Source of the DNA: a plasmid
Sequence record: NZ_CP072340.1
DNA: 64,000 nucleotides
Direction: 5' to 3' (one strand)
Of the stretch, positions 17,944-28,808 are shown piece after piece; the first letter of the stretch is position 1, and each line of letters opens with the position of its first letter. Under the pieces are notes generated by a model. The model was not told the DNA's origin. It searched no databases and was given only the letters and a program-made list of their open reading frames with translations. Position numbers and translations under genes: made by a program.

Positions 17944-18369
17944 ATGCCTAAATTAGAAATAGCCAACAACAACCGCTACGGTCATCGTAGGATAGAAGAA
18001 GTGCCACGCTGGGACAGATGGGACACCCGTATGCCAGATGTGAAAGACCAACTGCGAGCCATCGACCTGTACAACAAGTCGGGGGCAGTGAGCAAGTCCG
18101 ATTTCGTTCGTGCCCGTATCCTTGGAGAGAGATTCAAGGTGATAATGGTGGATAAGTCCGCAGTTGAGTATTACCGCAAGCTCTCTGAACTCACAGCCCA
18201 AGTACATAAGATTGGCATAAACTATAATCAAGTCGTCCGCTTGATGCACCTTTATACGGCAGAGAAAAGTGTAAAAGCTTTGTTGCAGGAACTTATCCAA
18301 CTAACAAAAGAACTCACTACCTTCCAAGAGAAAGCAGTGAGTTTAACCATTGACTATCGGGAGAGATAA
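17944..18369 (+). CDS. MobA-like relaxosome accessory protein (MobC-family fold, PF05713-like)
   Basis: Homologous to the CTn mobA at 55914..56333 (..PRWDRWDTRMPDVKDQLRAIDLYNKSGA.SKSDFVRARILGE.FKVI.VDKS.VEYYRKLSELTAQVHKIG.NYNQVVR..). The start was set at the conserved MPKLEIANNN rather than the upstream extension that overlaps the oriT. Confidence 0.6.
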   Translation: MPKLEIANNNRYGHRRIEEVPRWDRWDTRMPDVKDQLRAIDLYNKSGAVSKSDFVRARILGERFKVIMVDKSAVEYYRKLSELTAQVHKIGINYNQVVRLMHLYTAEKSVKALLQELIQLTKELTTFQEKAVSLTIDYRER

Positions 18370-18385
18370 GGAATGTGCGATGGAA

Positions 18386-18871
18386 TTATATTCCCCCAAG
18401 CATTTTTTGCAGCAGATTGCCCGATGTTCGTGTTATTTGGAAGTCTATGGTTTGGTTTTCTACTGTTTTTATGTCGGCTGGCTTGAAACGACAAAGGGCT
18501 TCCTGACGCTCCAATGTGTCACGGACGGAAGAAAGGTCCTGTATCTGCCCTGCAAACGTTCCATAGGGAGATTGCAGATAAATCATTTGTCTGTTTACAT
18601 TGTCGGGGCGTTTATTCTCGAACTTTAATAAGATGGTTATATCTGTGCTGTCCGCTGGTGTTGCGGTTGTTGCTCCGTGTACGGTAGCCGTTCCCGAATA
18701 CACTTGTTTATAAGGCAGGAAATAGGCTACGGCTAACAGACAAAGCAAAACAGCTCCTATGGCAGTAATACCATAACGAACGAGAGATGAGGGTATCTGC
18801 CCCACGATGCTGCGTACTTTCTCGCTGCGGAGCTCAAAACTCCGTTCCTGTTTCTTTTCCTGGTTTTCCAT
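18386..18871 (-). CDS. Small membrane-anchored protein, possible bacteriocin-export accessory (short HlyD-like)
   Basis: One N-terminal TM segment (ITAIGAVLLCLLAVAYFL). It is immediately downstream of, and nearly abutting, the C39-ABC transporter gene on the same strand. Confidence 0.35.
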   Translation of the reverse strand: MENQEKKQERSFELRSEKVRSIVGQIPSSLVRYGITAIGAVLLCLLAVAYFLPYKQVYSGTATVHGATTATPADSTDITILLKFENKRPDNVNRQMIYLQSPYGTFAGQIQDLSSVRDTLERQEALCRFKPADIKTVENQTIDFQITRTSGNLLQKMLGGI

Positions 18872-18872
18872 A

Positions 18873-21086
18873 TCAGTTACCCAATTCTAATTGATTCTTC
18901 ACTAAGGCAAAATATTTACCACGTTTAGCAGTCAGATCCTCGTGTGTACCTACCTCTACAATTTTACCTTCATCCAAAACTACAATTTGGTCGGCATCGC
19001 GAACAGTGGAAAGGCGGTGTGCCACTACTACAACTGTTTTTCCCTTGTAGAACTCCGAGAGGTTTTCTGTAATGGCTCGTTCATTGTTGGCATCGAGGGC
19101 ATTGGTCGCTTCATCCAGAAAGACAAACATTGGATTCTTATAGACTACCCTTGCTATCAAAATGCGTTGTCGTTGTCCCTGACTGATGCCCTGTCCGTCC
19201 TGTCCTATCATCGTGTTGTAAGCCAAAGGCAGGGCTTCGATGTAGTCAGCGATGTTTGCCACACGGGCAGCATGGCGGATACGTTCGATGTCGGGTTCAT
19301 CATCCGATATGGCAATATTCCTCGCAATGGTATCGGAGAAGAGATACCCCTCCTGCATTACCGCACCGCATTGGCTTCGCCACCAGCCGAGATTATATTC
19401 ATTCAGATTGGCACTGCCGACTTGAACGCTTCCTTTCAGAGGTTCATAGAACCCCAACAAGAGTTTAACGAGTGTGGTCTTTCCGCTTCCACTCGCCCCC
19501 ACGATTGCGGTTACTTTGCCGTTAGGTATGGAGAGATTGATGTCTGAGAGAATATCTTTTGGGCTGTAGATGTCGTATTTGAAAGAGAGGTCTTTTATCT
19601 TGAGGGAATGTCCCTCAAGTGTTTCGTCAATGTAGGCATTCCGTGTTCTTTTCGCATTCTCCTCGTTAGTCTCTGTATGAATTTCGTTCATACGGTCAAG
19701 GCTGATGCTCACGTCTTGCCAAGAATAGATAAACTGAATGAGCTGTTCCACGGGGCTGTTGAGCTGTCCAATGATGTACTGCACTGCCAGCATCATACCA
19801 AGCGTCATATTGCCTTGTATGACAGAAGTTGCAGCAAAAACGGTAATCAAGATATTTTTTATCTCGTTGATGGTGATGCTTCCTGCCTGTTGTATTTGCT
19901 GAAGATTAAGACTTTGCAGATTGACCTTGAAAAGGTCGGCTTGCACGTCCTCCCATTCCCAACGCTTGCGCTGCTCACATCCCTGCAACTTGATTTCCTG
20001 CATACCACCTATGAGTTGGTAGGTAACGTTGCGGTTTCGCCCTGCCTGCTCGAAATATTTGTAGTCCAACTGCCTGCGCTTTTTGAGAAAAAGGATAATC
20101 CATCCGGCATAAAGCGATGTCCCCGAGAGGAATACAAGGAAGATGCCAAGATTATAGACTGCAAGGACGACACCGAAGACAAGGAAGGTGAAGAACGAGA
20201 ATAGCAGGCTCAGACTGCTTGAGGTGAGGAACTGCTCCACACGTCGGTGGTCTTCAATACGTTGCAAGAGGTCGCCCATCAGTTTGGTGTCGAAGAACTT
20301 CATCGGTAGTTTCATCAATTTGATGAAGAAATCCGAGATGAGCGAGATATTGATACGTGTGGAGATGTGCAGGAGTATTTTGGAGCGGATAAAGTCGATG
20401 GCGGTACGGCTGAAAAGTAGCATCATTTCTGCCAAGAGCACTAACCATACAAAGCCTATATCCTTTCCTCCTATACCTGTATCAACGATGGCTTGAGTGA
20501 GGAAGGGGAAAATGAGTTGCAGGAGCGAGCCGAGCAACAGACCGAGAATGAGTTGCGTAAAGAATCTCTTGTACTTTTTGAGATAGTTCCAAAGGAACTT
20601 CGCGCGGCTTTGAGTCGGTGCTGTTTCTGTATCGTTTTGAGCATAGAACTGTTCTGTCGGTTCAAGAAGAAGGGCGACACCTTTCTCCTCACCGTTGGTC
20701 TTAGTACTTACCCAATGCTCGCAGAACTCCTCTTGGGTATAGGAAACAAGTCCTTTGCCAGGGTCGGCAACATATACGGTATATTTTCCTTTTTTGTGCT
20801 TTTTTATTTTATAGACAACAACAAAATGATTTTGATTCCAATGAACAATGCAGGGCAAAGGAACTTCAAATGCAAGTGTATCAAAACTTAATCGACCTCC
20901 AACAGTCTTGAAACCGATAGTTTCTGCAGCCTTACTGATACCAAGCAAAGAAACTCCCTCTCGATTTAATGAACAAACTGTTCTAATTGAATCAATATTA
21001 AAATCGCGACCATAATGCTTAACTATCATTGCTAAGCAAGAAGGTCCACAATCTTTTGCGTCACGTTGTCTAACTAAGGTGTACAT
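18873..21086 (-). CDS. Peptidase-C39-domain ABC transporter (double-glycine leader-cleaving bacteriocin exporter)
   Basis: N-terminal C39 Cys motif DCGPSCLAMIVKHYG; 6-TM core; Walker A GASGSGKTTLVKLL; ABC signature LSQGQRQRILIAR; Walker B VFLDEATNALD. Confidence 0.9.
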   Translation of the reverse strand: MYTLVRQRDAKDCGPSCLAMIVKHYGRDFNIDSIRTVCSLNREGVSLLGISKAAETIGFKTVGGRLSFDTLAFEVPLPCIVHWNQNHFVVVYKIKKHKKGKYTVYVADPGKGLVSYTQEEFCEHWVSTKTNGEEKGVALLLEPTEQFYAQNDTETAPTQSRAKFLWNYLKKYKRFFTQLILGLLLGSLLQLIFPFLTQAIVDTGIGGKDIGFVWLVLLAEMMLLFSRTAIDFIRSKILLHISTRINISLISDFFIKLMKLPMKFFDTKLMGDLLQRIEDHRRVEQFLTSSSLSLLFSFFTFLVFGVVLAVYNLGIFLVFLSGTSLYAGWIILFLKKRRQLDYKYFEQAGRNRNVTYQLIGGMQEIKLQGCEQRKRWEWEDVQADLFKVNLQSLNLQQIQQAGSITINEIKNILITVFAATSVIQGNMTLGMMLAVQYIIGQLNSPVEQLIQFIYSWQDVSISLDRMNEIHTETNEENAKRTRNAYIDETLEGHSLKIKDLSFKYDIYSPKDILSDINLSIPNGKVTAIVGASGSGKTTLVKLLLGFYEPLKGSVQVGSANLNEYNLGWWRSQCGAVMQEGYLFSDTIARNIAISDDEPDIERIRHAARVANIADYIEALPLAYNTMIGQDGQGISQGQRQRILIARVVYKNPMFVFLDEATNALDANNERAITENLSEFYKGKTVVVVAHRLSTVRDADQIVVLDEGKIVEVGTHEDLTAKRGKYFALVKNQLELGN

Positions 21087-21152
21087 TTATGATATATAAA
21101 ACTATACTAAAAATACTATACTAAAGTAAATATTAAATTTGCAAAAATATTA

Positions 21153-23489
21153 TCACTGCAAATTCAATCGTTTCTGATTGCTTTCATTGGTGTTCAATCT
21201 TCTAAATGTATCCTTAAATCCATTGAATGTATATTTAATGGTCAGTAAAAGAAAGCGACTATCGAAATCAGGAGTTGTTTGTACTTTGATATTATCTATG
21301 AATACATTTGTTTTTGATATAGATTTATGTAATAAATCGTTACCTCTCAAGATAATTTGTAAACGATTATCTTTGAAGAAATTTTGCCGTATCCAAAAAG
21401 ATAAACCATACTTAGGTGATTCCAATACTCCCAAGAAACCATTTTTTGAAGAGTAAGATAAATCTATAGACGCCATCATTTGCTTAGTAATGTCAAATTG
21501 ATTGACCAAGGTAAATGCAATATTTGGATTTCTAGGTGCATAAGTATCTAAGTATTTAATTTTTGTTGGAATATAACGAAATGAAGCATTATAAGCAAAT
21601 CTATATATACCGAATTTATCTGAATAACTTGCATTAAACAACCATGTATTGTAATCTACATTGACGGGAGAATTCAATAGAGCTCCATTTAATTCAGAAT
21701 TTTCGGTGAACTTCCACAAAACAGCATTAGCGTCATGTATGTATCTTCCCTGTAAGACAAATTTATTCTTCCATACCATAGATAAGGAATAAATGTATCT
21801 ATCATTAGATTTAAGAGATGAATTACCTTTTTCATATAAATAAGGATTTATATAATGCAAAAGAGGGGAAATATCCCTAAACATTGGTCGTGAATTCTGA
21901 GTAATAATACTTCCAATGAATAGCAAATCGGGATTTATCTGCCATTGGGCTGTTATACGAGGAAAGAGTTTAAAGTATGTATCAGTAATACTATTTGTTT
22001 TATTTTGCTCATATTCAGAATGAAAAATGCTTCCTCTAACCCCTGCGGTGATAAAGAGTTTATTCCATTTTTGATTTATAGTTGCAAATAAACTGAGTTC
22101 ATCATCTTGAAGATTACTCGTTATATTATAGAATGGAGTCGTAGTATTCTCAAAAATGTAATTTGAATAGCCTTTGTTCAGAATAGAATTTCCTTGAAAG
22201 CCCATATTTAGAGAGAAACCCTTTTTCGAGTTGTAGTCGTACTCTATCTTTGTATTAAATGCGTTATAGTCATTTTTACCATTTATCCAAGAACGGTTTT
22301 TACTGTTTGATACTAAATCTATCTCTGATTTTGTTTTAGCGTAGAAATAACCGCCAGAAACAGATAGTTGTTGCTTATCTGTCATTGTATAATTTACCAA
22401 CAAATCGGCATTGGCAGAAATATTACGACTTCTTTCATCTTGATGAGTGTTGGAATATAGTGTATTCAGACCATATTCATAGTTATACTCATCTCCTTGG
22501 GTATTCGCTTTCTTATTGGAGATATTTATATCACCCTGAAATGTTATATTAAATTTTTGATTGGGTCTGTAACTGAAACTTTCGACAATATGGTGAGCAG
22601 GCTTGGAAAGAATTTCATTATTGTAAGAGATGGAAGACCGTTCCGTTTTCCCTTTAGGGCTTAATACATCGTATTGATTGGTACCTGTGTTATCTTCATT
22701 GAGGTATGAAAAATTATAAGACAATAAATTATCCCATTTCTTTTTTGATAAAGAAATTCTCAATACATCCTCTTCTGTATACCGCCGTCCGAACAAAGAA
22801 TTATGTTCCACCTGAGCAGAAAAGTAATCTGTTAATTGTTGGTTTGTTGTAATAGAAATAATACAACCATATTGAGCCGAATATTTAGCTGGTGGATAGT
22901 AATTAACATTTACCGTTTTTATTTGTTCAGGACGGAGCGTACCGATTCTATCGTATGATTTTTGTTCTACTCCATTCAATATATACAAAGGTGTGCCTCC
23001 TGATATAGGTACAACTCTTCCACCGGTCGCCAACATTCCTGGAAGAAAAGCAAGAACATCTGCAACTTCGGGTAATTTTTTTAACTCTGATTTTGAGACG
23101 TCTATTTCAAATGTTCCTTCTGAAACTTTATAGACTGCTCTTTTTCCTTTAACTATAACCTCTTGCAACGTGTTGGAATTCGGTTCTAACTGGATAACAG
23201 TTGGAAGAGGAATAGAGACTCGTGCTTGTTTATATCCCATAAATCTGACAGCAATAAATTTACCATCAGTTCCTTCTTTGCTTATATTGAACACCCCTTT
23301 TGAATCAGTTGTTGTACTTTTTAAAATTTCTCCTTCTTCTGTAATTAATAGTACGGTGGCATAGGGTAAAGGTTCTTGTACCTCATCAACTACGGTAGCT
23401 GATAACATCAATGTATCTTGAGGTACTATTGCTGCTTGAGATTGAAAACTGAAAACAGAAATTAAAATTAAAATTAAAACACGAAACAT
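21153..23489 (-). CDS. TonB-dependent-receptor-like outer-membrane protein with N-terminal carboxypeptidase-regulatory-like domain
   Basis: Signal peptide MFRVLILILISVFSFQSQA. CarbopepD_reg-like segment (ATVLLITEEGEILKSTTTDSKGVFNI), then a plug-like and a long beta-strand-rich region. Confidence 0.55.
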   Translation of the reverse strand: MFRVLILILISVFSFQSQAAIVPQDTLMLSATVVDEVQEPLPYATVLLITEEGEILKSTTTDSKGVFNISKEGTDGKFIAVRFMGYKQARVSIPLPTVIQLEPNSNTLQEVIVKGKRAVYKVSEGTFEIDVSKSELKKLPEVADVLAFLPGMLATGGRVVPISGGTPLYILNGVEQKSYDRIGTLRPEQIKTVNVNYYPPAKYSAQYGCIISITTNQQLTDYFSAQVEHNSLFGRRYTEEDVLRISLSKKKWDNLLSYNFSYLNEDNTGTNQYDVLSPKGKTERSSISYNNEILSKPAHHIVESFSYRPNQKFNITFQGDINISNKKANTQGDEYNYEYGLNTLYSNTHQDERSRNISANADLLVNYTMTDKQQLSVSGGYFYAKTKSEIDLVSNSKNRSWINGKNDYNAFNTKIEYDYNSKKGFSLNMGFQGNSILNKGYSNYIFENTTTPFYNITSNLQDDELSLFATINQKWNKLFITAGVRGSIFHSEYEQNKTNSITDTYFKLFPRITAQWQINPDLLFIGSIITQNSRPMFRDISPLLHYINPYLYEKGNSSLKSNDRYIYSLSMVWKNKFVLQGRYIHDANAVLWKFTENSELNGALLNSPVNVDYNTWLFNASYSDKFGIYRFAYNASFRYIPTKIKYLDTYAPRNPNIAFTLVNQFDITKQMMASIDLSYSSKNGFLGVLESPKYGLSFWIRQNFFKDNRLQIILRGNDLLHKSISKTNVFIDNIKVQTTPDFDSRFLLLTIKYTFNGFKDTFRRLNTNESNQKRLNLQ

Positions 23490-23537
23490 TACAACAAGAA
23501 AGTTATAGAGATATAAAGTTGTAAATAAAAATAAAAT

Positions 23538-23571
23538 GTCTGACTATGAACGAAAGAGCATAGTCAGACAC
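23538..23571 (-). terminator. Rho-independent terminator of the bacteriocin precursor gene (11-bp perfect stem tgtctgactat/atagtcagaca; minus-strand T-tract TTTTATTTTTATTT follows)
   Basis: Read directly from the sequence, immediately after the stop codon at 23580. Confidence 0.6.
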
Positions 23572-23579
23572 AGAAACTC

Positions 23580-23756
23580 TTAAGGCTTTGTTGTTACTCT
23601 GTCAATGATGACAGTCCCATCATCCTTAATCGTTGTTGTAATGGTGGTTGTTGAACCATCTGCATTGATAATGGTTTTAGTTGCAGTTACATCACCGCCA
23701 CCATTGATAAAACCCATTTCGTCTTTTGAAAAGACTTCTAAAGCTAATGCTTTCAT
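23580..23756 (-). CDS. Double-glycine-leader bacteriocin/RiPP-like precursor peptide (58 aa), not in the ORF track
   Basis: My own translation of the minus strand: MKALALEVFSKDEMGFINGG|GDVTATKTIINADGSTTTITTTIKDDGTVIIDRVTTKP. It has a classic GG leader (..E..F.K.EM..I.GG) and a terminator immediately downstream. It shares a strand with, and lies upstream of, the C39-ABC exporter. Confidence 0.6.
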   Translation of the reverse strand: MKALALEVFSKDEMGFINGGGDVTATKTIINADGSTTTITTTIKDDGTVIIDRVTTKP

Positions 23757-23955
23757 AACTAAATAGAATAAAGTTTATACTTGGCTCGGTATTCTCCGAA
23801 CCGTTAATTAAAATTTGGATGTCAGAGTTTCGCACGATGTGCATATTAACAGACATTCAATTGCAATATTACGAAAAGAAAACGAGAAAAACAAATTTTT
23901 CGCCACGTTTTTTGCGATTTCCATTATTTTGTGTCGTTTTTCATAATGAAATGAC

Positions 23956-23963
23956 TATCTTTG
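23956..23963 (+). promoter_or_regulatory. TAtcTTTG -7 box about 150 bp inside the right end of element A, reading outward toward the junction
   Basis: Read directly from the sequence. The same box is at 44997-45004 in the same relative position in element B. Confidence 0.3.
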
Positions 23964-24074
23964 CAACTATAAATTAAGTGTTCATTGAAGCATTGCAAAA
24001 TAAAGAAAGGGAAAGAAACTCGCTCGTTTCCATCTCGTAACCCATTTACCCTTTATTCATTCTTATTTTATTGA

Positions 24075-27000
24075 TTATCTGAAAGATACAATATTCTTGA
24101 ATCTTTTACGGGCGTAATCCGTTGCGATGAGCATTTTTGCCCTTCCCTCGCTCTCACTCAGAGGTGCTCGTCCCAAGATTGTGGCATCTCCACTCTTGGC
24201 AAACTCCATCAACTTGCCGATAAAAACCTCCTGCTCGGGCGTGGGCGGTATGTTATGCAGTATCTCGTTCTTCTCGGGGCGGTCGATACCGATGTCCTTG
24301 GCTGTGCGAAAGTCGCAAATCTCCGCATAGAACGAGGCAAGCTCCGGCACTTTGATAAAGGTGCGGAACCGCTCTTTCTGAATGATGTCGTTTGTGATGG
24401 AGAACTCATAGTCAGTTGATTTCTTGGCAAAGACTGCTGCCCAAGCATCAAAACTGTTGATACCCTGTTTTTCTAATGCCTGCGGACGGAGATACTTGAA
24501 CAGAAGATACAACTCCGTCAGGCTATTGGAAATGGTCGTTCCCGAAAGGAAAGTGGCTCCCAAATCCTTGCCGGACCTCTCCTGTATGGTACGAATAGCA
24601 AAGAGCATGTTTAAGGCACGCTGTGAACCATCAGGATTACCCAAGCCCGACACACGGTCGTGGCGGGTATTGAACATCAGGTTCTTGAATTGATGGCTTT
24701 CATCTACAAAGAGGTGGTCGATACCCATCATCTTGAAGTCTACAGCATCGTCCTTTCTTTCGGCGATGCTGTCCTGTATGTTCTGCAACTTGGCTTCAAG
24801 CGTCTGCTTGCGTTTTTCCAGTCCTTTGAGCATGCCACGGGAGATGTCTCTTCCTTGTTGCCGCAACACTTCGAGATTTTCTTCCACGGAGTCCAGTTCC
24901 TTTTGCATAATCGCCTCCTGTATCTCGAAGGCCTGCGGTATCATGCCGAACTGTTCATGCGTAAGTATTATGCAGTCCCAGTCGTTGTTCTTGATGTCGT
25001 TGAAAATGCGTTGTCTGTTCTGCTTGTTGAAATCATTCTTGCCCGGATATAAGATCCTCGCATTGGGATAAGCCTTTCTAAAGGTGTCGGCAATGTCAAA
25101 GACGTTTGCCTTCAGTCCGATAATCATTGGCTTGTTTGCCAGTCCCAATCGCTTCATCTCGTAGGCTGCCGTACACATGATGAGTGTCTTGCCCGCCCCC
25201 ACCTCGTGATCACAGATGCCTCCTCCATTGGTCTTCAGCATCCATACGGCATCCTTCTGGCTCTTGTAGAGGTCGGCAATGCCCAACCGTTTGAGGTCAA
25301 GGTCGGGAAAAGTCTGATGTGTGCCGTCAAAGTTCGGTCGCACAAAACAGTTGAAAAGGCGGTTGTACCTGTCGGAGAGTTGTTGTTTGAAGGTATCGGG
25401 TGTGCGTCCGAGCCAATCGACAAAGCCCTGTCTGATTTCCTCAATCTTGGCATTCGCCATCTGGATGGCATGTCCGTCCCTTACTTTGATGGTCTTGGTC
25501 TCTCCCGTAACCTTGTCCGTCACTTCCTTGCTCTTGTTGATGTCGGGAATGGTATTGTGCAGGGCATGCTTTAAGAGATTGATACCGTCATAGCGGCGGA
25601 ACTCACCCTGTACGGCATACTTGTGCCAGATATTGGCATTCTTATGGTCACATACAATGCTGTACTCGTCCATGTTGGAATGGTAGGATACACCAATATC
25701 CGTCCCGAAAAACTCCGAGGCAAACCTGCCATAGACTTTGGCAGGTATCCAGCGTTCACCGAGATTAAAGTCAAGGTCTGCAAATGGAATGGGTGTTGGC
25801 GTGGCTGCACGCAAAGCGGCAAGGCTCTGTTTGGCTTCCTCATGGTCTGGATGGTCCAAGAGCCACGACTCGATACGCTCCGCCTTTTCTATTACATTGC
25901 CCGAAATGAACTTGTCCGCCACTTCGTAGGCATTCTCTTCGGGATTGTAATAGATGCGACCTTCCAAGGAAGAAATGATGTCGCTTTCCTCCATATCAGG
26001 TAAAAGCGAACTCATGTAGTCAAGTTCCACCGCGCCGTACTTGTTGAGCGATGCACCCAGTGCCTCCATCGGGTCTGCGGCAACGGTCAGTTCCGTGGTG
26101 GAAAATGCCGTAGGATGGTCAAAGATGTCCGCCTTGATGTACCTGCCGTTCTCGGAGCGTTCCAAGAACAGCATTTCCACGCCTGTAGCATCCATCTTGA
26201 TGATGTCGGTGTTAGCCTTTTGGTTAAAGTAGCCCCAGCGTGCAACATAATCATCATACAGGTGGTTGAGTCTGCTGCGGTCCTCCTTGTCTTCTGCATG
26301 GTTCTCTGCCTCGTAGTCATAGAGACGATGATAGCACTCCCGTATCTCGATATAGCTTTTTAGTCGGGAAAGCTGCGCATACGGCAAGTCCATCGGATTA
26401 AAGGTCGGATGTCGCTTTAAGTCAGAAAGAAACCCCACCTGCCCTTTCTGCACGACAATGGAGCCGTCTCTTAAGTGGGAGTCCGGCGATGAGAGAAAGG
26501 GACGGGGTGAGGAATCAAACTCCTTTTTCACCTCCGCTATCGGTTGTGGTTTTCGCTCTTCGGCTTCATTCATGAAGTCAAAGAGAGATGGCTCACGATA
26601 TGAGGGGGAGATGATCTTCTTATTGCCCTTTCCTCTGGTTTTACGCCCTGGAGTGACTGTAGGTTGTTTTTCGCTCTCCTTTCCTGCTTTGTTTTCCGGT
26701 TGCTTTTGAGCTGTCTGCACCTGCGATTTTGGAGCTTCTTTAATCTCGCTGTTCACGCGCGTTACTTCCTGCGTCCAGAGATTGTATTCCTCCGGAGCGA
26801 ACAGTGAAGGCTGCTCCGTTTCCTGTCGCTCGTCCATGCCGTTCATCACCGGATGATGGTCATCGTCGAAATAGACCATCTGTCCGTTCATCTCCCGTGG
26901 AGACTCCACATCGGTACGGATTTCCTTCACATCCTGCTCATACTGACGGTGAAGAGTCAATGTAGGCACGCCTTCAGGAGCAGGCTCATAGGAAATGTGG

Positions 27001-28808
27001 TCGATAGCCTGCACGATTTGCCTATTAGCCTTTTCCCTGACTTGCTCCCCAGCCTTTTCTACTTGAACTTCCTCCTTGTCCTCTTCCGTGGAGAGCTTCT
27101 CCTCCATTGGCTGAGCCAGAACTGTCGGCTCGGCTTTTTTCTTGATTTCCTCAATAATCGGCTCCTTGGTGTATTGTCCTTGGACAATCTCCTCCAGTTC
27201 TGCAATCTCGTGCAGTTTCTTGGGGCTAAAATATAAGTCTCGCTCAATGCCTAACCCATGTATCTTGACTTCCTCCATTTCGTCAAGCGACATATTGCCC
27301 AGTTCCCAACCATAGCCCATCGTGACAGCACCGAAACCGATGCGGGTCTTCGGGTCGTACTCCAAGAGGTAGGCCGTATATGCCCCCATCGGGAAGAAAT
27401 AGCGTGCGTAGGCTATTTTATCGCCAATGAGTTCCTTCTCCGTGCTGTATAGTTTGGGCAATTGTTTCCTGATGCTGTCGGGCATGAGATTATAGGCGTT
27501 ATCCGCCTCCTTGTCCGTTTTTGGCTCCTCGTTGGGCAAATCAACCGTTATACCCAACTTCTGCAGTTGTTTCTCCACTTCTTTCTGTCGTTCCTCTTCC
27601 GTCATCGGTATGCCAGTTTCATAGAGCTTTCGGTCAAAGCGTTGCTCAAATTCCAAGGAGAGTTGTGTTCTGATACTCTCCGCCATATCATCAATGCTGC
27701 CATCGAAGCGATACTCCCATGCAGGTTTGCCGTATGGGTCCCTGCCCATCGTGCGTTCCGTGGCAATGGTGCGGTGGGCTATGTCCTTCCATTCACCATC
27801 AAAGAGCGAGTTGTGCTTGAATACGACAGAGGAACCTTCGGCTATGGGAACAGACACAGAAGCTACGAACTGCTGTTCGATGCCCTCGCCGATGGTCTTG
27901 CCCGACTGCTTTTGCAGGACGATGAGGTCGCTGCCGACTTCCGTTCCTGCATTCTCAGAGAACATACCCGACGGCAGGCGGAGAGCGGAGATAAGCCGGC
28001 TGTTCTGCATCAGATAACGGCGGATGGCTTCGTTCTTCGGGCTGTCCAGCACACCCTGCGAGGTGATGAATGCCATCAGCCCACCTTCTTTAATGCAGTC
28101 CAGCCCCTTTACAAAGAAGTAATTGTGGATGGCTCGTGTGGATTCGCGTTTGAGAATGTCCTTGCCCTTGCTGTACTCCCGGTCATAGACCATGAAATCA
28201 CCAAAGGGAATGTTACTTGTTATAAGGTCGTACTTGTCCTTGTCCTCCAACTCTCCGATGGCTTCAAAGGGGGCTTGGCGGACTATGATGTTGCCTTGTC
28301 CATAAGGATGAATGGCTTGTGAGATACGGGCAGTGAGCAGGTCTTTCTCCATTGCATCGACCATACCGGCCTTTTTCGCAAAGGTCTCAGTAAAAGCTCC
28401 CATGCCTGCCGACGGATCCAAGCATCGACGTATGGGAACATCTACTGAAGAGAGTGCGTCTGCAATGGCATTGACGATACGGGTGTCGGTATAAAAGGAC
28501 GTGAGCACGCTTGCCTTGATGCTCTCCCAATAACGTTTGGCGGTATTGGCATCGACGGCATCACGGTAAATCATCTGCTTGAGCCTTTGGGTAGGCTCGA
28601 AGAGGTGTTGCTCCGACTTGCTCCAATAACGAATGTCGTCGGGGTTGTCCGTGCGGTTAAGCACGCATTTCAAGCCACCGAAGCCCTGATAGTCGCGCAA
28701 TATGCCTTTCTCTGCTTCGGTGGCTTCACGGCGTTCTTTCTCCAAGCGCAGCACGACACGGATGGCTTCCGTGTTGGCCGCCAAGACTGCTTTCTTATTG
28801 TATGCCAT
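24075..28808 (-). CDS. N-terminal approx 1570 aa of a large N6-adenine DNA methyltransferase / SNF2-family helicase, interrupted by element A (last approx 12 codons and the stop are element-derived)
   Basis: SAM-binding [11 protein letters not shown] and an (N/D)PPF-like NIPFGD motif in the N-terminal part. Helicase motif [12 protein letters not shown], motif [14 protein letters not shown]2-like [12 protein letters not shown]. Motif VI is found only in the separated fragment 11076..12668. Confidence 0.85.
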   Translation of the reverse strand: MAYNKKAVLAANTEAIRVVLRLEKERREATEAEKGILRDYQGFGGLKCVLNRTDNPDDIRYWSKSEQHLFEPTQRLKQMIYRDAVDANTAKRYWESIKASVLTSFYTDTRIVNAIADALSSVDVPIRRCLDPSAGMGAFTETFAKKAGMVDAMEKDLLTARISQAIHPYGQGNIIVRQAPFEAIGELEDKDKYDLITSNIPFGDFMVYDREYSKGKDILKRESTRAIHNYFFVKGLDCIKEGGLMAFITSQGVLDSPKNEAIRRYLMQNSRLISALRLPSGMFSENAGTEVGSDLIVLQKQSGKTIGEGIEQQFVASVSVPIAEGSSVVFKHNSLFDGEWKDIAHRTIATERTMGRDPYGKPAWEYRFDGSIDDMAESIRTQLSLEFEQRFDRKLYETGIPMTEEERQKEVEKQLQKLGITVDLPNEEPKTDKEADNAYNLMPDSIRKQLPKLYSTEKELIGDKIAYARYFFPMGAYTAYLLEYDPKTRIGFGAVTMGYGWELGNMSLDEMEEVKIHGLGIERDLYFSPKKLHEIAELEEIVQGQYTKEPIIEEIKKKAEPTVLAQPMEEKLSTEEDKEEVQVEKAGEQVREKANRQIVQAIDHISYEPAPEGVPTLTLHRQYEQDVKEIRTDVESPREMNGQMVYFDDDHHPVMNGMDERQETEQPSLFAPEEYNLWTQEVTRVNSEIKEAPKSQVQTAQKQPENKAGKESEKQPTVTPGRKTRGKGNKKIISPSYREPSLFDFMNEAEERKPQPIAEVKKEFDSSPRPFLSSPDSHLRDGSIVVQKGQVGFLSDLKRHPTFNPMDLPYAQLSRLKSYIEIRECYHRLYDYEAENHAEDKEDRSRLNHLYDDYVARWGYFNQKANTDIIKMDATGVEMLFLERSENGRYIKADIFDHPTAFSTTELTVAADPMEALGASLNKYGAVELDYMSSLLPDMEESDIISSLEGRIYYNPEENAYEVADKFISGNVIEKAERIESWLLDHPDHEEAKQSLAALRAATPTPIPFADLDFNLGERWIPAKVYGRFASEFFGTDIGVSYHSNMDEYSIVCDHKNANIWHKYAVQGEFRRYDGINLLKHALHNTIPDINKSKEVTDKVTGETKTIKVRDGHAIQMANAKIEEIRQGFVDWLGRTPDTFKQQLSDRYNRLFNCFVRPNFDGTHQTFPDLDLKRLGIADLYKSQKDAVWMLKTNGGGICDHEVGAGKTLIMCTAAYEMKRLGLANKPMIIGLKANVFDIADTFRKAYPNARILYPGKNDFNKQNRQRIFNDIKNNDWDCIILTHEQFGMIPQAFEIQEAIMQKELDSVEENLEVLRQQGRDISRGMLKGLEKRKQTLEAKLQNIQDSIAERKDDAVDFKMMGIDHLFVDESHQFKNLMFNTRHDRVSGLGNPDGSQRALNMLFAIRTIQERSGKDLGATFLSGTTISNSLTELYLLFKYLRPQALEKQGINSFDAWAAVFAKKSTDYEFSITNDIIQKERFRTFIKVPELASFYAEICDFRTAKDIGIDRPEKNEILHNIPPTPEQEVFIGKLMEFAKSGDATILGRAPLSESEGRAKMLIATDYARKRFKNIVSFR

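Larger units (their letters stand above)
12663..24111. mobile_element. Integrative mobilizable element A (about 11.4 kb) inserted in the methylase/helicase gene: tandem integrases, DUF1896-like, 2 Xis-like, DUF3408-like, oriT, mobA-like, bacteriocin cargo
   Basis: It lies between the two halves of one split gene (cores gcataatc at 12655-12662 and gcgtaatc at 24112-24119). The right-end approx 100 bp are approx 90% identical to the right end of element B (..gaaactcgctcgtttcc..ctcgtaacccattta..ttgattatctgaaagataca..cttttRcggg), and the left-end arm region is likewise similar. Confidence 0.6.

Noticed and set aside
24127-28494. Numerous 60-290-aa plus-strand ORFs inside 24075..28808 (for example 27462..28322)
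   Set aside because: They are antisense to a 1577-aa gene with clear methyltransferase and helicase motifs, and have no motifs of their own.
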